From assembly GCA_965203175.1 (NCBI GenBank), contig OZ241867.1, positions 1,824,001 to 1,888,000 on the forward strand: a stretch of 64,000 nucleotides of DNA. The letters run 5' to 3'. Below, one piece after another: positions 19,670 through 29,519 of this stretch. The notes under the pieces are model-generated. The model was not told the DNA's origin, searched no databases, and saw only the letters and a program-made list of their open reading frames with translations. The stretch is from Candidatus Latescibacterota bacterium. GTDB lineage: Bacteria; Latescibacterota; UBA2968; UBA8231. The translations under genes were made by a program, and so were the position numbers. Position 1 is the first letter of the stretch, and every line of letters starts with the position of its first letter.

Positions 19670-21004
19670 TCAATATCCCAATTCCCGCTCCATGTCTCCA
19701 ACCACATCCGCGATCACCTGTGCGATTTCCTCGACCTGTTCCTCGCTAATGGTAAAGGGCGGGCTGATGGCAATGTGGTCGCCGCTGACGCCGTCGATCA
19801 ACCCAGGCGACCCAGGCATGATGAGCACGCCTTTGGCAAAGGCGCGGTTGACGATCGCGGCCGACACGCCTTGGGCGGGGTCAAAGGGCGTGCGGCTCTC
19901 CTTGTCCTTTGCGAACTCAACGCCGGTGAGCAGGCCCTTGCCGCGCACTGCGCTGACTATGGGCGAGTCCATTAAGGGCTGCATCTTCTCCAGCATCAAG
20001 TCGCCCATCTGCGCGCAACGAGTGACCAAGTCGTGGTCCTGAATGTAATTCTGCACGGCAAGGGCAATGGCGCAGGAGAGCGGATTGCCGCCGTAGGTGT
20101 GGCCGTGGACGTAGTGGTTTTGCTTTTTGTAGATTCCGTCGTAGATCTCGTCGCGGACCAGGGTGGCGGCAATGGGCGTGTACCCGCTGGCGAGACCCTT
20201 GCCAGTGGCTATGATGTCTGGAATGGCGTCCCAGTGCTCAATGCCGAAATTGAGGCCCGTGCGTCCGTAGCCGGTGACCACTTCGTCGATGATCATCAGG
20301 ATGTTGTAGCGGTCGCAGATCGCGCGGATGGTGGGGAAGTAGTCGGGCGGTGGCATCAGGCCACAGCAAGAAGTGCCCGAGATCGGCTCGGCGATAAAGG
20401 CGGAGATGTACTCGCTTCCCTCTTGTTTAATAACCCGCTCCAGCTCTTCAGCGCAGGAGAGCGTACAGGCGGGTCGGTCTTGGCAGTACGGACAGTGATC
20501 CGGGTGGGGGAAGGTGATGTGCGGGAAGTCGTGCAGGTAGGGCACGTAGTCCTCGCGCCAAGTGGAGCGGCCCGACATGGAAAGCGCGCCGATGGTGTTG
20601 CCGTGCCAGCTCTGCCAGCGAGTGATGACTTTGAACTTCTTCGGGTTGCCGGTCTCAACGTGGTACTTGCGGGCGATCTTGAGCGCGGACTCCGTGGCCT
20701 CGGATCCGCCGGAGATGAAGAAGACGCGGTTGAGGTCGCCGGGGGCTATGGCGGCGACTTTGTCGGCGAGGTCGATTTGCGGTTGGGTGAGGAAGCGGGC
20801 ATAGGTAAAGCTGACCTTGTTCGCCTGCTCCCGCATGACCTCACCTATCTCCGGAACGCCGTGGCCAATGGAGACCACGTGGACGCCAGCGCAGGCATCG
20901 AGGTACGCGCGGCCGTCTTCGGCGTAGAGATAGCAGTCTTTGCCGTGGGAAATCTGCGGCCAGTTGTCGGTAATGACGCGGTGAAAAATGCGGTCGGTGG
21001 TCAT
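19670..21004 (-). CDS. Class III PLP-dependent aminotransferase
   Basis: YLDACAG, SGGSEATE, SWHGNT, FIAEPI, IIDEVVTGYGRTG, TGKGLASGY. Confidence 0.92.
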   Translation of the reverse strand: MTTDRIFHRVITDNWPQISHGKDCYLYAEDGRAYLDACAGVHVVSIGHGVPEIGEVMREQANKVSFTYARFLTQPQIDLADKVAAIAPGDLNRVFFISGGSEATESALKIARKYHVETGNPKKFKVITRWQSWHGNTIGALSMSGRSTWREDYVPYLHDFPHITFPHPDHCPYCQDRPACTLSCAEELERVIKQEGSEYISAFIAEPISGTSCCGLMPPPDYFPTIRAICDRYNILMIIDEVVTGYGRTGLNFGIEHWDAIPDIIATGKGLASGYTPIAATLVRDEIYDGIYKKQNHYVHGHTYGGNPLSCAIALAVQNYIQDHDLVTRCAQMGDLMLEKMQPLMDSPIVSAVRGKGLLTGVEFAKDKESRTPFDPAQGVSAAIVNRAFAKGVLIMPGSPGLIDGVSGDHIAISPPFTISEEQVEEIAQVIADVVGDMERELGY

Positions 21005-21172
21005 AGATCCATCCTTTGTATGTTGTAGTAGCAAGGCCCCGAAAGATACGAAGTCTTAAGAGGCCAGCATAGAGCGCGACCGATTTTGGCGGCTATTCGG
21101 GGTGCAACCCGCGCAATATCTCGATATGTTTCTCTACATACTGCTGAGCAACATCAGTGAGACAACAAACAG

Positions 21173-23338
21173 GTGATATTGCAAAAGAATTGTAGGCGAG
21201 TGCTGGCGGCGTGGCTGCTGTTGGCAGGGACGGCACAGGCGGCGACCCTGAGCGGCTTTGTCACCGATGTCGACAGCGGCGAAGCCCTGACCCGCGTCGC
21301 CATTGTGGTCGAAGGACTTCAACTCGAGGCGGTCAGCAACAACAGCGGCTACTACGCGGTCGTGCAAGTGTCGGCTGGCACGCATGTGGTGAGTGCGTCG
21401 CATACAGGCTACCAGACCTGGCGGGACACGCTCCACTTTGGCGCGGACGAGGTCGTGAGGCTCGACTTGGCGCTGGTACCCAAGCCAGTGGACCTGGGCG
21501 AGCAGGTCTCGGTGGAGACCGATCGCATCCGCCTCCGCGTCAAGCCGTTACAGCAGATGCCCGCTCTCGGAGAGGCCGATCTCTTGCGCGGCTTACAGCT
21601 ACTGCCGGGCGTCCAAGCGGTTGCGGATATCAGCAGCGGCTTGTACGTGCGCGGCGGCGGTCCCGACCAAACGGCTATCCTCCTCGACCAAACCCCTCTG
21701 TACAATCCCTCCCACCTCTTCGGACTTTTCTCGACCTTCAACCCAGACGCCATTAAGAAGGTCGATCTGTACAAGGGAGCCTATCCCGCTCTGTACGGCC
21801 GCACGCTCGGGGCGGTGCTCGACGTGAGCAACCGCGAGGGCAACCGCAAGCGCACTAGCGGGCGCGGCGGCGTGAGCCTGATTTCGGGGCGCTTACTCAC
21901 AGAGGGACCCGTCGGGCAGGGATCGTGGATGCTGGCCGGTCGCCGCACCTACCTAGACGGCGTGTTTAGTGCCCTCCGCGCACGCGGGGAGGACATCCCG
22001 TTGGACTATTTTTTCTACGACCTCAACGGCGACATCAACCAGCGGCGGGGTGACGACGCCTACGCCGCGAGCGCGTACTTGGGCCAAGATGACCTGCGGA
22101 TTGAGTTAGAAGACGATGAAGAGTCTTTCTTCGATATGAGCTGGGGGAACCGCGTCCTGACTGCGCACTGGACGCGCGCGTTCTCGCCGGCCCTGTTCGG
22201 CCACCTCATGGCCGCTAGCTCGTCGTACGAAAGCATCGTCGCGCTCCGTTTTCTCGACGCGCCCGTCCGCATCGCCAACAGCATCCGCGACCTATCGCTT
22301 AAAGGCGACGTGGATTACTTCGCCAACCGCCATCACACGCTTTCTTTGGGATTGTTGGCCACCCTATTTGAGTTTCACTTTGCCCGATCTTTTAACGAGC
22401 GGACCCAGCTCGATTTGCGCCAAGAGCCGGTGCTGTTGGAAGGCTACGTGCAGGACGAGTGGCGGCCGGGGCCGACCACGCGGGTGCGATTGGGTGGACG
22501 GGGAACGTACTTCAGCACAGGAGACCGCTGGCACTTCACGCCGAGGCTGTCCCTGAGCCAAGCGTTGAGCGACAAGGTCCGGGTCAAAGCCGCCGGCGGG
22601 GTGTATCGCCAACACCTGCAACTGATCACCACCGAAGCCTTCAGTGGCGGCGATTTCTGGGTGCCTTTGGACGACACTGTCGAACCGGGGCGATCCTATC
22701 AGGCCGTCACCGGCGTCGAGTGGACCCCTTCGCCGCGCTACCAGCTTGCCGTGGAGGCCTATTACACGGATCTCGCCAACCTAGTGACCGTGGATACCGA
22801 ACTGCCCGATGACAGCAAGGCCACGCACTCGGAAGCGGTGTTCAAAAGCGGCGGCACGGGTTGGGCGAGGGGGGTCGAGGTCTTTTTACAGCGGCGCACC
22901 GGCGCGCTCACAGGGTGGATCGGCTACGCACTCGGTTGGACGCGGCGCACCTTCCCGGAACTCAATGATGGCCGTTCTTTTCCCCCCAAGCACGACCGCC
23001 GCCACGACCTGTCTTTTATCGCCTCCTACAAGGTGGGCGCATGGCGGCTCGGCGCGAACCTAGCGTATGCCACTGGGCAGGCATTTACACCGGTTTCCGA
23101 GTCACCTGTCCAGCGCAACAGCGCCCGCCTGCAGCCCTATCACCGCCTCGATGTCAGCGCCCGCCGGTCGTTCGGGCTGCGGGGAACCGACAGCGAGTTC
23201 TACGTGCAGATATTCAATGTGTACAGCCGCCGCAACGAGTGGTTTGTGCAGCTTGATTCAGTCGATCCGGAAGTCGACCCGCGCAAGATCAAGCAATTGC
23301 CCATAATCCCCACGCTGGGCTTCAACTTCTCTTTTTAG
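21173..23338 (+). CDS. TonB-dependent receptor with N-terminal carboxypeptidase-regulatory-like domain (paralog 1)
   Basis: LSGFVTD.DSGEAL, plug LLPGVQ..GLYVRGG.PDQ, YNPSHLFGLFSTFN, terminal GFNFSF. Confidence 0.88.
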   Translation: MILQKNCRRVLAAWLLLAGTAQAATLSGFVTDVDSGEALTRVAIVVEGLQLEAVSNNSGYYAVVQVSAGTHVVSASHTGYQTWRDTLHFGADEVVRLDLALVPKPVDLGEQVSVETDRIRLRVKPLQQMPALGEADLLRGLQLLPGVQAVADISSGLYVRGGGPDQTAILLDQTPLYNPSHLFGLFSTFNPDAIKKVDLYKGAYPALYGRTLGAVLDVSNREGNRKRTSGRGGVSLISGRLLTEGPVGQGSWMLAGRRTYLDGVFSALRARGEDIPLDYFFYDLNGDINQRRGDDAYAASAYLGQDDLRIELEDDEESFFDMSWGNRVLTAHWTRAFSPALFGHLMAASSSYESIVALRFLDAPVRIANSIRDLSLKGDVDYFANRHHTLSLGLLATLFEFHFARSFNERTQLDLRQEPVLLEGYVQDEWRPGPTTRVRLGGRGTYFSTGDRWHFTPRLSLSQALSDKVRVKAAGGVYRQHLQLITTEAFSGGDFWVPLDDTVEPGRSYQAVTGVEWTPSPRYQLAVEAYYTDLANLVTVDTELPDDSKATHSEAVFKSGGTGWARGVEVFLQRRTGALTGWIGYALGWTRRTFPELNDGRSFPPKHDRRHDLSFIASYKVGAWRLGANLAYATGQAFTPVSESPVQRNSARLQPYHRLDVSARRSFGLRGTDSEFYVQIFNVYSRRNEWFVQLDSVDPEVDPRKIKQLPIIPTLGFNFSF

Positions 23339-23468
23339 TAGCGAAATCCAAAGTCGGCGAACGCGACGCGGATGCACTCAAAAGGCCCTTTCGCGTCTCG
23401 CCGGATACGTATCAGCCCACAATTCCACCGCATTAAAAGCCCCTGCATAATATAGTAAATTAACTGAT

Positions 23469-23543
23469 TGTCTAAATTTTGTCTAAAAAATTTCAGAAAA
23501 TATATTGATAAATAATAGACAAATAAGTACACTCAATTAGACA
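23469..23543. promoter_or_regulatory. AT-rich promoter with CarH/LitR-type operator repeats
   Basis: TTGATA(23505)-17bp-TACACT(23528) sigma70-like promoter; TAGACA at 23516 and 23538 (22 bp apart); inverted TGTCTA at 23469 and 23480 (11 bp apart). Confidence 0.75.
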
Positions 23544-23593
23544 ATGGACGCCGAAAGTGGCTCCATACACCTTTACAATTAGGAGGAAATCGC

Positions 23594-24133
23594 ATGAATA
23601 TCACCCGCATTGCCACGCTCATGGCGCTGACACTCTCGTTTTGGGCAGGCCCAGCCCAAGCCCAGGACGACGAGGATATCGTCGGCGTTGCCATCGGGGC
23701 TGGCACTTTTAACACGCTGGTCGCCGCGGTTCAGGCCGCGGAACTAGTCGACGCGCTCAAGGGTGAAGGCCCCTTCACTGTCTTTGCCCCCACTGACGAG
23801 GCCTTCGCCGCTTTGCCAGAGGGCACCGTCGAATCGCTGCTGTTGCCCGAGAATAAGGAGTTGCTGACCTCGATCCTGCTTTATCACGTCGTCTCCGGTT
23901 CGGTTTTGGCCGCTGACGTAGTGGGACTGGATTCGGCTACCACCCTCAATGGTGCCTCGATCGATATCAGCGTCAGCGACAGTGGCGTGATGATCAACAA
24001 TGCCAATGTCGTCCAAGCTGACGTGGCCGCCAGTAATGGGGTAATCCACATCATTGATGCGGTGCTCCTGCCTTCGCTTGCTACCGCTGTCGAGGGCAGT
24101 ACTTGGGGGACGGTCAAGCAGCAGGCTCGCTAA
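23594..24133 (+). CDS. Fasciclin (FAS1) domain secreted protein
   Basis: [44 protein letters not shown]; AGGAGG RBS; tail [12 protein letters not shown]. Confidence 0.93.
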   Translation: MNITRIATLMALTLSFWAGPAQAQDDEDIVGVAIGAGTFNTLVAAVQAAELVDALKGEGPFTVFAPTDEAFAALPEGTVESLLLPENKELLTSILLYHVVSGSVLAADVVGLDSATTLNGASIDISVSDSGVMINNANVVQADVAASNGVIHIIDAVLLPSLATAVEGSTWGTVKQQAR

Positions 24134-24156
24134 GCCAGTAAATTCTGACGAAGAAG

Positions 24157-24194
24157 GCCGCAGCGAATATCCTTTTTTGCTGCGGCTATTTTTC
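24157..24194 (+). terminator. Probable intrinsic terminator after the fasciclin gene
   Basis: gccgcagc...gctgcggc stem followed by tattttt. Confidence 0.6.
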
Positions 24195-24256
24195 CCTTTG
24201 CAACGAAGACGCTAGGAGATTGTGGAAATGGGTAGAAATCGCTTGTTTGCTGTGCT

Positions 24257-25219
24257 ATGGAATCGACGCCGGGACATTCTATCAAAGTGGTAGTGCGGCG
24301 GACCGGGCTTTCGGCCCATGTCATCCGCGTCTGGGAAAGGCGCTATCAAGCCGTGGTGCCCGCGCGAACGGAGACCAACAGACGACTTTATTCGGACGAG
24401 GACATCGCGCGCTTGCAGTGGTTGCAGCAGGCGGTGCAGGCCGGACAGAGCATTGGCCGCATCGCCCATCTCTCCACGCCCGAGCTGATGAAGCTGGTCC
24501 GCGCTGAGCAAGCAGCGGCACCGTTGGCCCAAAGGCCGACCGATGGAGAGGGCGAGGAAAAAGACCCCGGCGAATTCCTCAAACAAGCCTTAGTCGCAGT
24601 GCAAAGGCTGGACGCAGTCTCGCTTGAAGAGCAATTGGTCCGCGCCTCCATAGCGTTGAGCCAACGGCATCTGCTCGAAGAAGTGGTCCAGCCGCTTATG
24701 GAGCGCATCGGCCAGATGTGGCAGGAAGGCACCTTGCGGGTATCCGACGAACATATGGCTTCGGCCGTGGTGCGCAGCTTTATCGGCAACATACAGGCTA
24801 GTTTCCAAGTATCGGCAGCCGCTCCCCACCTTGTCGCGACCACGCCAGCGGGGCAATTGCACGAGATGGGGGCCTTGCTCGCTTCGGTCGTGGCCACGTC
24901 AGAAGGGTGGAATTCGACTTTTCTGGGACCCAATCTACCGGTCGAAGAGATCGCCGGAGCCGCCGCGCAAAAGGGTGCCAAGGCCGTCCTTCTCAGCATA
25001 GTCTATCCGGGCGACGATCCCCATCTGGGCGGCGAGTTGATCAAATTGCGCCGTCTGCTGGGCGACGAGATTGCCCTGTTAGCCGGCGGCCGGGCTGCCC
25101 AGCATTACCGGCGTTTTCTCAACCAAGCCGGGGCCGTTACCCTAGCCTCCCTGAACGATTTGTGCGATTCCCTGAGTCTTTTGCGCCAAGAGACCATGCT
25201 AAAAGCGCCTGTTCAGTAG
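24257..25219 (+). CDS. MerR-family cobalamin-binding photoreceptor/repressor (CarH/LitR-like)
   Basis: MerR HTH (IRVWERRY..R.YSDEDI), W-x9-EH motif (WQEGTLRVSDEH), B12-binding QLHEMG, LGPNLP. Confidence 0.88.
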   Translation: MESTPGHSIKVVVRRTGLSAHVIRVWERRYQAVVPARTETNRRLYSDEDIARLQWLQQAVQAGQSIGRIAHLSTPELMKLVRAEQAAAPLAQRPTDGEGEEKDPGEFLKQALVAVQRLDAVSLEEQLVRASIALSQRHLLEEVVQPLMERIGQMWQEGTLRVSDEHMASAVVRSFIGNIQASFQVSAAAPHLVATTPAGQLHEMGALLASVVATSEGWNSTFLGPNLPVEEIAGAAAQKGAKAVLLSIVYPGDDPHLGGELIKLRRLLGDEIALLAGGRAAQHYRRFLNQAGAVTLASLNDLCDSLSLLRQETMLKAPVQ

Positions 25220-25246
25220 GTCAAACAATTGACACCTATAAATCGA

Positions 25247-26212
25247 ATGGAACCTACGAAAGCCGTGGGCAATGTGCGGCCGCTCAAAGGTTGGCGACTA
25301 GCTTTTCTGCGCTGGTTTAAAGGCGATGACGCCGTTGCCTCCGCGGTCGCCGAAGACGATCAGCAGATCGATTGGGTGCGCATGCTGCCCTTTGCGGCGC
25401 TGCACTTGAGTTGCCTCGGGGTCTTATGGGTCGGCTGGAGTCCCCTAGCCGTGGGCGTGGCCGTCGCGTCCTACTGGGTGCGGATGTTCGCCATAACTGG
25501 GTTTTACCACCGCTATTTTTCGCACCGCACGTTCAAGACCTCGCGGCCCGTACAGTTCCTCTTTGCCGTGCTGGGCAATACGGCCGTGCAGCGGGGGCCA
25601 TTGTGGTGGGCCGGGCACCACCGCCACCACCATCGCCACTCCGATGTCGCCAGCGATGTGCATTCGCCCAAAGAGCACGGTTTTTGGTGGAGCCACGTAC
25701 TGTGGATCACCTCGCGGTCGAATTTCCCCACCCGTCTGTACAATGTGCGCGACCTAGCCCGTTTCCCCGAACTGCGCTTTCTCGACCGCTTCGACATCAT
25801 CGTGCCCGTTTTGCTAGCGGCGGCGATGTACGCCTTGGGGGAGTATTGCAGCCGCCGCTTTCCCGCGTTGGAGACCAGCGGCTGGCAGATGCTCGTCTGG
25901 GGCTTCTCCATCTCCACCATCGTCCTGTTTCACGGCACCTGTACCATCAACTCGCTCTCCCATCTTTTTGGTCGCCGCCGCTTTGCCACCCAAGACCACA
26001 GCCGCAATAATATCTGGCTGGCGCTTATCACCATGGGCGAGGGCTGGCACAACCACCACCACTATTATCCGGGGGCGGTGCGTCAGGGTTTTTACTGGTG
26101 GGAGTTCGATCCGACCTATTACTTGCTCAAAGTGCTGTCTTGGATCGGTCTGGTGCGCGATCTCAGGCCAGTGCCCGAGCGGGTTTACGACCGAGCCGTC
26201 AGCGGGCCATGA
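25247..26212 (+). CDS. Membrane acyl-CoA (delta-9-type) fatty acid desaturase
   Basis: His boxes HRYFSH, HRHHH, HNHHH; CTINSLSH. Confidence 0.92.
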   Translation: MEPTKAVGNVRPLKGWRLAFLRWFKGDDAVASAVAEDDQQIDWVRMLPFAALHLSCLGVLWVGWSPLAVGVAVASYWVRMFAITGFYHRYFSHRTFKTSRPVQFLFAVLGNTAVQRGPLWWAGHHRHHHRHSDVASDVHSPKEHGFWWSHVLWITSRSNFPTRLYNVRDLARFPELRFLDRFDIIVPVLLAAAMYALGEYCSRRFPALETSGWQMLVWGFSISTIVLFHGTCTINSLSHLFGRRRFATQDHSRNNIWLALITMGEGWHNHHHYYPGAVRQGFYWWEFDPTYYLLKVLSWIGLVRDLRPVPERVYDRAVSGP

Positions 26213-27471
26213 AGCCGACGCAGGGTCGGCGCATCGCCGTGGTGGGAGGCGGTATTTCCGGCTTGGTGGCGGCCTATCTGCTGCACCCAGATTACCACGT
26301 CACGCTGTTTGAAGCCAACGATTATATCGGCGGGCATACCCATACCTTGGAAGTTGAGCAGGAAGGGCGCCCCTATGCGGTGGATACGGGCTTTATCGTC
26401 TTCAACGAACCCAATTACCCGCAGTTCAATCGCCTGTTGCAGCATTTGGGGGTGGCTTCCCAGCCGACCCAAATGAGTTTCAGCGTCAAGTGCGGTCGCA
26501 CCGGCCTGGAATACGCCAGCACGTCGCTGAGCAGTCTGCTGGCCCAGCGGCGCAACGCGCTGCGGCCGTCGTTCTACCGCATGTTGGCCGACATCCTGCG
26601 CTTCAACCGCACAGCACCGGAATTATTGCGCGATCCCCATGACGCGACGACCCTCGGGGACTATTTAGCCGACACCGGCTACTCCGAGGCTTTTGTCCGA
26701 CACCACATCATCCCATTGGGATCGGCGCTGTGGTCGGCCTTGCCCGACCGCATGTACGAGTTTCCGGCGCGCTACTTCGTCCAGTTTTTTGCCAACCACG
26801 CCTTTTTACAAGTGCGCGGGCGGACGCCTTGGCGCGTCATCAAAGGAGGCTCGCAGCGCTACGTCGAGGCGCTGATCCGCCCCTTTAGCGAGCGCATCCG
26901 CGTCAATTGCCCCGTGGCTTCCGTGCGGCGTTTGCATCAAGGCGTGGAAGTATGCACCCAAGCCGGAGAGTCCGATCACTTCGACGAGGTCATCTTGGCC
27001 GTACACAGCGACCAAGCGCTGCGGCTATTGGCCGATCCTACCCCGGCCGAGCGCCAGGTTCTAGGAGCCATGCGATATCAAGCCAACGATGTTGCTCTGC
27101 ACACCGACGCGTCCGTGCTGCCCAAGCGCCAGCGCGCTTGGGCTAGCTGGAATTACTACATCCCGCCCGACAAGGGATGCCCCGCTACCGTCACCTACAA
27201 TATGAACATCCTCCAAAGCCTGGAGAGTCGCCGACCCTTCTGCGTCAGCCTCAATCGCACTGCCGACATTGCTCCAGAGCGGCTCATCGCCCGCATGACC
27301 TATCACCATCCGGTCTATTCGCCAGCCTCAGTAGCCGCGCAAAAGCAGCGGTCGCGCATTGATGGGGTCGATCGCATCCACTACTGCGGGGCTTATTGGG
27401 GTTTTGGTTTTCGCGAGGACGGGGTCGTCAGCGCCTTGGAAGTGGCGCGGCGCTTTGGCAAGACACTGTGA
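26209..27471 (+). CDS. FAD-dependent oxidoreductase (amine-oxidase-like, UfaD-like)
   Basis: IAVVGGGISGL, GGHTHT, VDTGFIVFNEPNYP, AWASWNY, YCGAYWGFGF; ATGA overlap with the desaturase. Confidence 0.88.
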   Translation: MKPTQGRRIAVVGGGISGLVAAYLLHPDYHVTLFEANDYIGGHTHTLEVEQEGRPYAVDTGFIVFNEPNYPQFNRLLQHLGVASQPTQMSFSVKCGRTGLEYASTSLSSLLAQRRNALRPSFYRMLADILRFNRTAPELLRDPHDATTLGDYLADTGYSEAFVRHHIIPLGSALWSALPDRMYEFPARYFVQFFANHAFLQVRGRTPWRVIKGGSQRYVEALIRPFSERIRVNCPVASVRRLHQGVEVCTQAGESDHFDEVILAVHSDQALRLLADPTPAERQVLGAMRYQANDVALHTDASVLPKRQRAWASWNYYIPPDKGCPATVTYNMNILQSLESRRPFCVSLNRTADIAPERLIARMTYHHPVYSPASVAAQKQRSRIDGVDRIHYCGAYWGFGFREDGVVSALEVARRFGKTL

Positions 27472-28259
27472 GCTGCCATAGCTGCATATATGAAGGACGA
27501 GTGCGGCATCGCCGCTTTGCGCCGGTGGCCCACGCCTTTGAGTACCGAATCTTTATGATGTACCTCGATCTAGCCGAACTGCCCAACGTGTTCAACGGGC
27601 GTTGGCTGTGGTCGTCGGAGCGGCCCAACGTCGCCTATTTCCGCCGCGCCGACCACTTGGGCGCGCCGCAACATCCCCTAGCGGATTGCGTGCGGCAATT
27701 GGTCAAAGACCAGAGCGGACGCTATCCCGACGGGCCGATTCGCCTGCTAACTCATCTGCGCTACGGCGGGTACGGCTTCAACCCGGTCAGCTTTTACTAC
27801 TGCTTCGACCGAGCCGATAGGCGCGTCGAGACGGTGGTGGGAGAGGTAAATAATACCCCTTGGGGCGAACAGCACTGCTACGTCCTGCACTCAGGTCTCG
27901 ACTGCGGCCGTGGAGCGCACAAGTGCTACCAATTCTCCAAGGCTTTCCACGTTTCGCCTTTCATGGCCATGCAGCAGGCATACACGTGGCGCTTTACGAC
28001 GCCGAGGCACACGCCGGCAGTGCATATGGACAATTGGCAGGATGGCAGCCATTTATTCGACGCGACCTTGGTGCTGCGGCGGCGGGAAATATGCGCGGCA
28101 GCGCTGGCGCGGGTACTAGTGCAGTATCCGCTGATAACGACAAAAGTCATTGGTGCCATTCACTGGCAGGCACTAAAACTGTGGCTCAAGCGCTGTCCGT
28201 TCTACCCGCATCCAAAGGAAAAAGACTATGTCGCAAGTGGCTCTCTCCCCCGCAGTTAA
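27468..28259 (+). CDS. DUF1365 family protein (UfaO-like)
   Basis: IYEGRVRHRR, FNPVSFYYC, EVNNTPWGEQH, KAFHVSPF, IHWQALKLWLK. Confidence 0.9.
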   Translation: MSCHSCIYEGRVRHRRFAPVAHAFEYRIFMMYLDLAELPNVFNGRWLWSSERPNVAYFRRADHLGAPQHPLADCVRQLVKDQSGRYPDGPIRLLTHLRYGGYGFNPVSFYYCFDRADRRVETVVGEVNNTPWGEQHCYVLHSGLDCGRGAHKCYQFSKAFHVSPFMAMQQAYTWRFTTPRHTPAVHMDNWQDGSHLFDATLVLRRREICAAALARVLVQYPLITTKVIGAIHWQALKLWLKRCPFYPHPKEKDYVASGSLPRS

Positions 28260-29514
28260 AAAACGGCCCATCGGCCTCGGCGGCTGGCAGGACCGCTGGG
28301 CGCGGCGATTGGTGTTGGGGCAATTGCAGCGCTTGCAACGCGGGGCGATTTGCCTAGTCGAAGGCGAACAGCATCGCACCTTTGGGCAGGGCGAAGACGG
28401 TCCCGAAGTGGGTTTGCAGGTCAACCATCCTCGGTTCTTCCGCGCCCTGGCCCTCGGGGGCACTATTGGCGCGGCAGAAGCCTACATGCAGGGATGGTGG
28501 AGTTGCGACGACCTGCCGGCTATGTGCCGCTTGGCCGTGGCCAATATAGAGTGGATGCAGCAGCGCGAGCGGGGGTGGGCCCGCTTGGCCGCACCGGTCC
28601 GCATGTTGGGGCATGCCCTCAAACGCAATACGCTCCGGGGCAGTCGGCGTAACATCGCCGCCCACTACGATTTGGGCAACGACTTTTTCCGCCTCTTCCT
28701 CGACGACAACATGATGTATTCCAGCGCCGTATTCCCGCGTTCGGACAGTTCGCTGGAAGAGGCCTCTCGCTACAAAGTGGATCGCATCTGCAAAAAGCTA
28801 GCCCTAGTGCCCGAGGACCACCTGTTGGAGATCGGCACCGGATGGGGCGGTTTCGCCCTGCACGCGGCCCGCGAGTACGGCTGTCGGGTGACCACGGCGA
28901 CCATTTCGCAGCAACAGTGCGAACTAGCTCGTCAACGAGTGCGCGCGGCCGGCTTAGATGGCCGGGTGGAGGTAGTGTTGGCCGACTACCGCGATCTACA
29001 GGGACAGTACGACAAACTGGTCTCCATAGAAATGATCGAAGCCGTGGGACACCACTACTTCGACACCTATTTCGGCTGTTGCTCCCGCCTGCTCAAACCC
29101 GAGGGACTGATGCTATTGCAGGCCATCGTCATCGGCGATTGGGCCTACGAGCGGACGCGCCGGTCGGTCGATTTCATCAAGGCATACATCTTTCCGGGCA
29201 GTTGCATTCCATCGGTGGCGACCATGAGCCGCTCGCTGGCGGCGACCACGGATATGCGTTTGGTGCATCTGGAGGATATTGGTCCGCACTACGCTCGCAC
29301 CTTGCGGGCTTGGCGGGCGCGTTTTTGGGACGCAGAGGAACAAGTGCGTCAGCTAGGCTTTACCGAGGAATTCATTCGCATGTGGGACTTTTATTTTGCT
29401 TACTGCATCGGTGGCTTTGAAGAGCGCTACATATCCGATGTGCAAATGCTCTTGGCCCGTCCGGCCAACCGGCGCTCGGCGCAGTTGTCCGAGATTGGTC
29501 ACGGCGAGGTTTAG
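28228..29514 (+). CDS. cfa: Cyclopropane-fatty-acyl-phospholipid synthase family SAM methyltransferase
   Basis: NIAAHYDLGNDFF, MMYSSA, LLEIGTGWGG, SIEMIEAVG, YIFPG. Confidence 0.9.
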   Translation: MSQVALSPAVKKRPIGLGGWQDRWARRLVLGQLQRLQRGAICLVEGEQHRTFGQGEDGPEVGLQVNHPRFFRALALGGTIGAAEAYMQGWWSCDDLPAMCRLAVANIEWMQQRERGWARLAAPVRMLGHALKRNTLRGSRRNIAAHYDLGNDFFRLFLDDNMMYSSAVFPRSDSSLEEASRYKVDRICKKLALVPEDHLLEIGTGWGGFALHAAREYGCRVTTATISQQQCELARQRVRAAGLDGRVEVVLADYRDLQGQYDKLVSIEMIEAVGHHYFDTYFGCCSRLLKPEGLMLLQAIVIGDWAYERTRRSVDFIKAYIFPGSCIPSVATMSRSLAATTDMRLVHLEDIGPHYARTLRAWRARFWDAEEQVRQLGFTEEFIRMWDFYFAYCIGGFEERYISDVQMLLARPANRRSAQLSEIGHGEV

Positions 29515-29519
29515 GGCCC

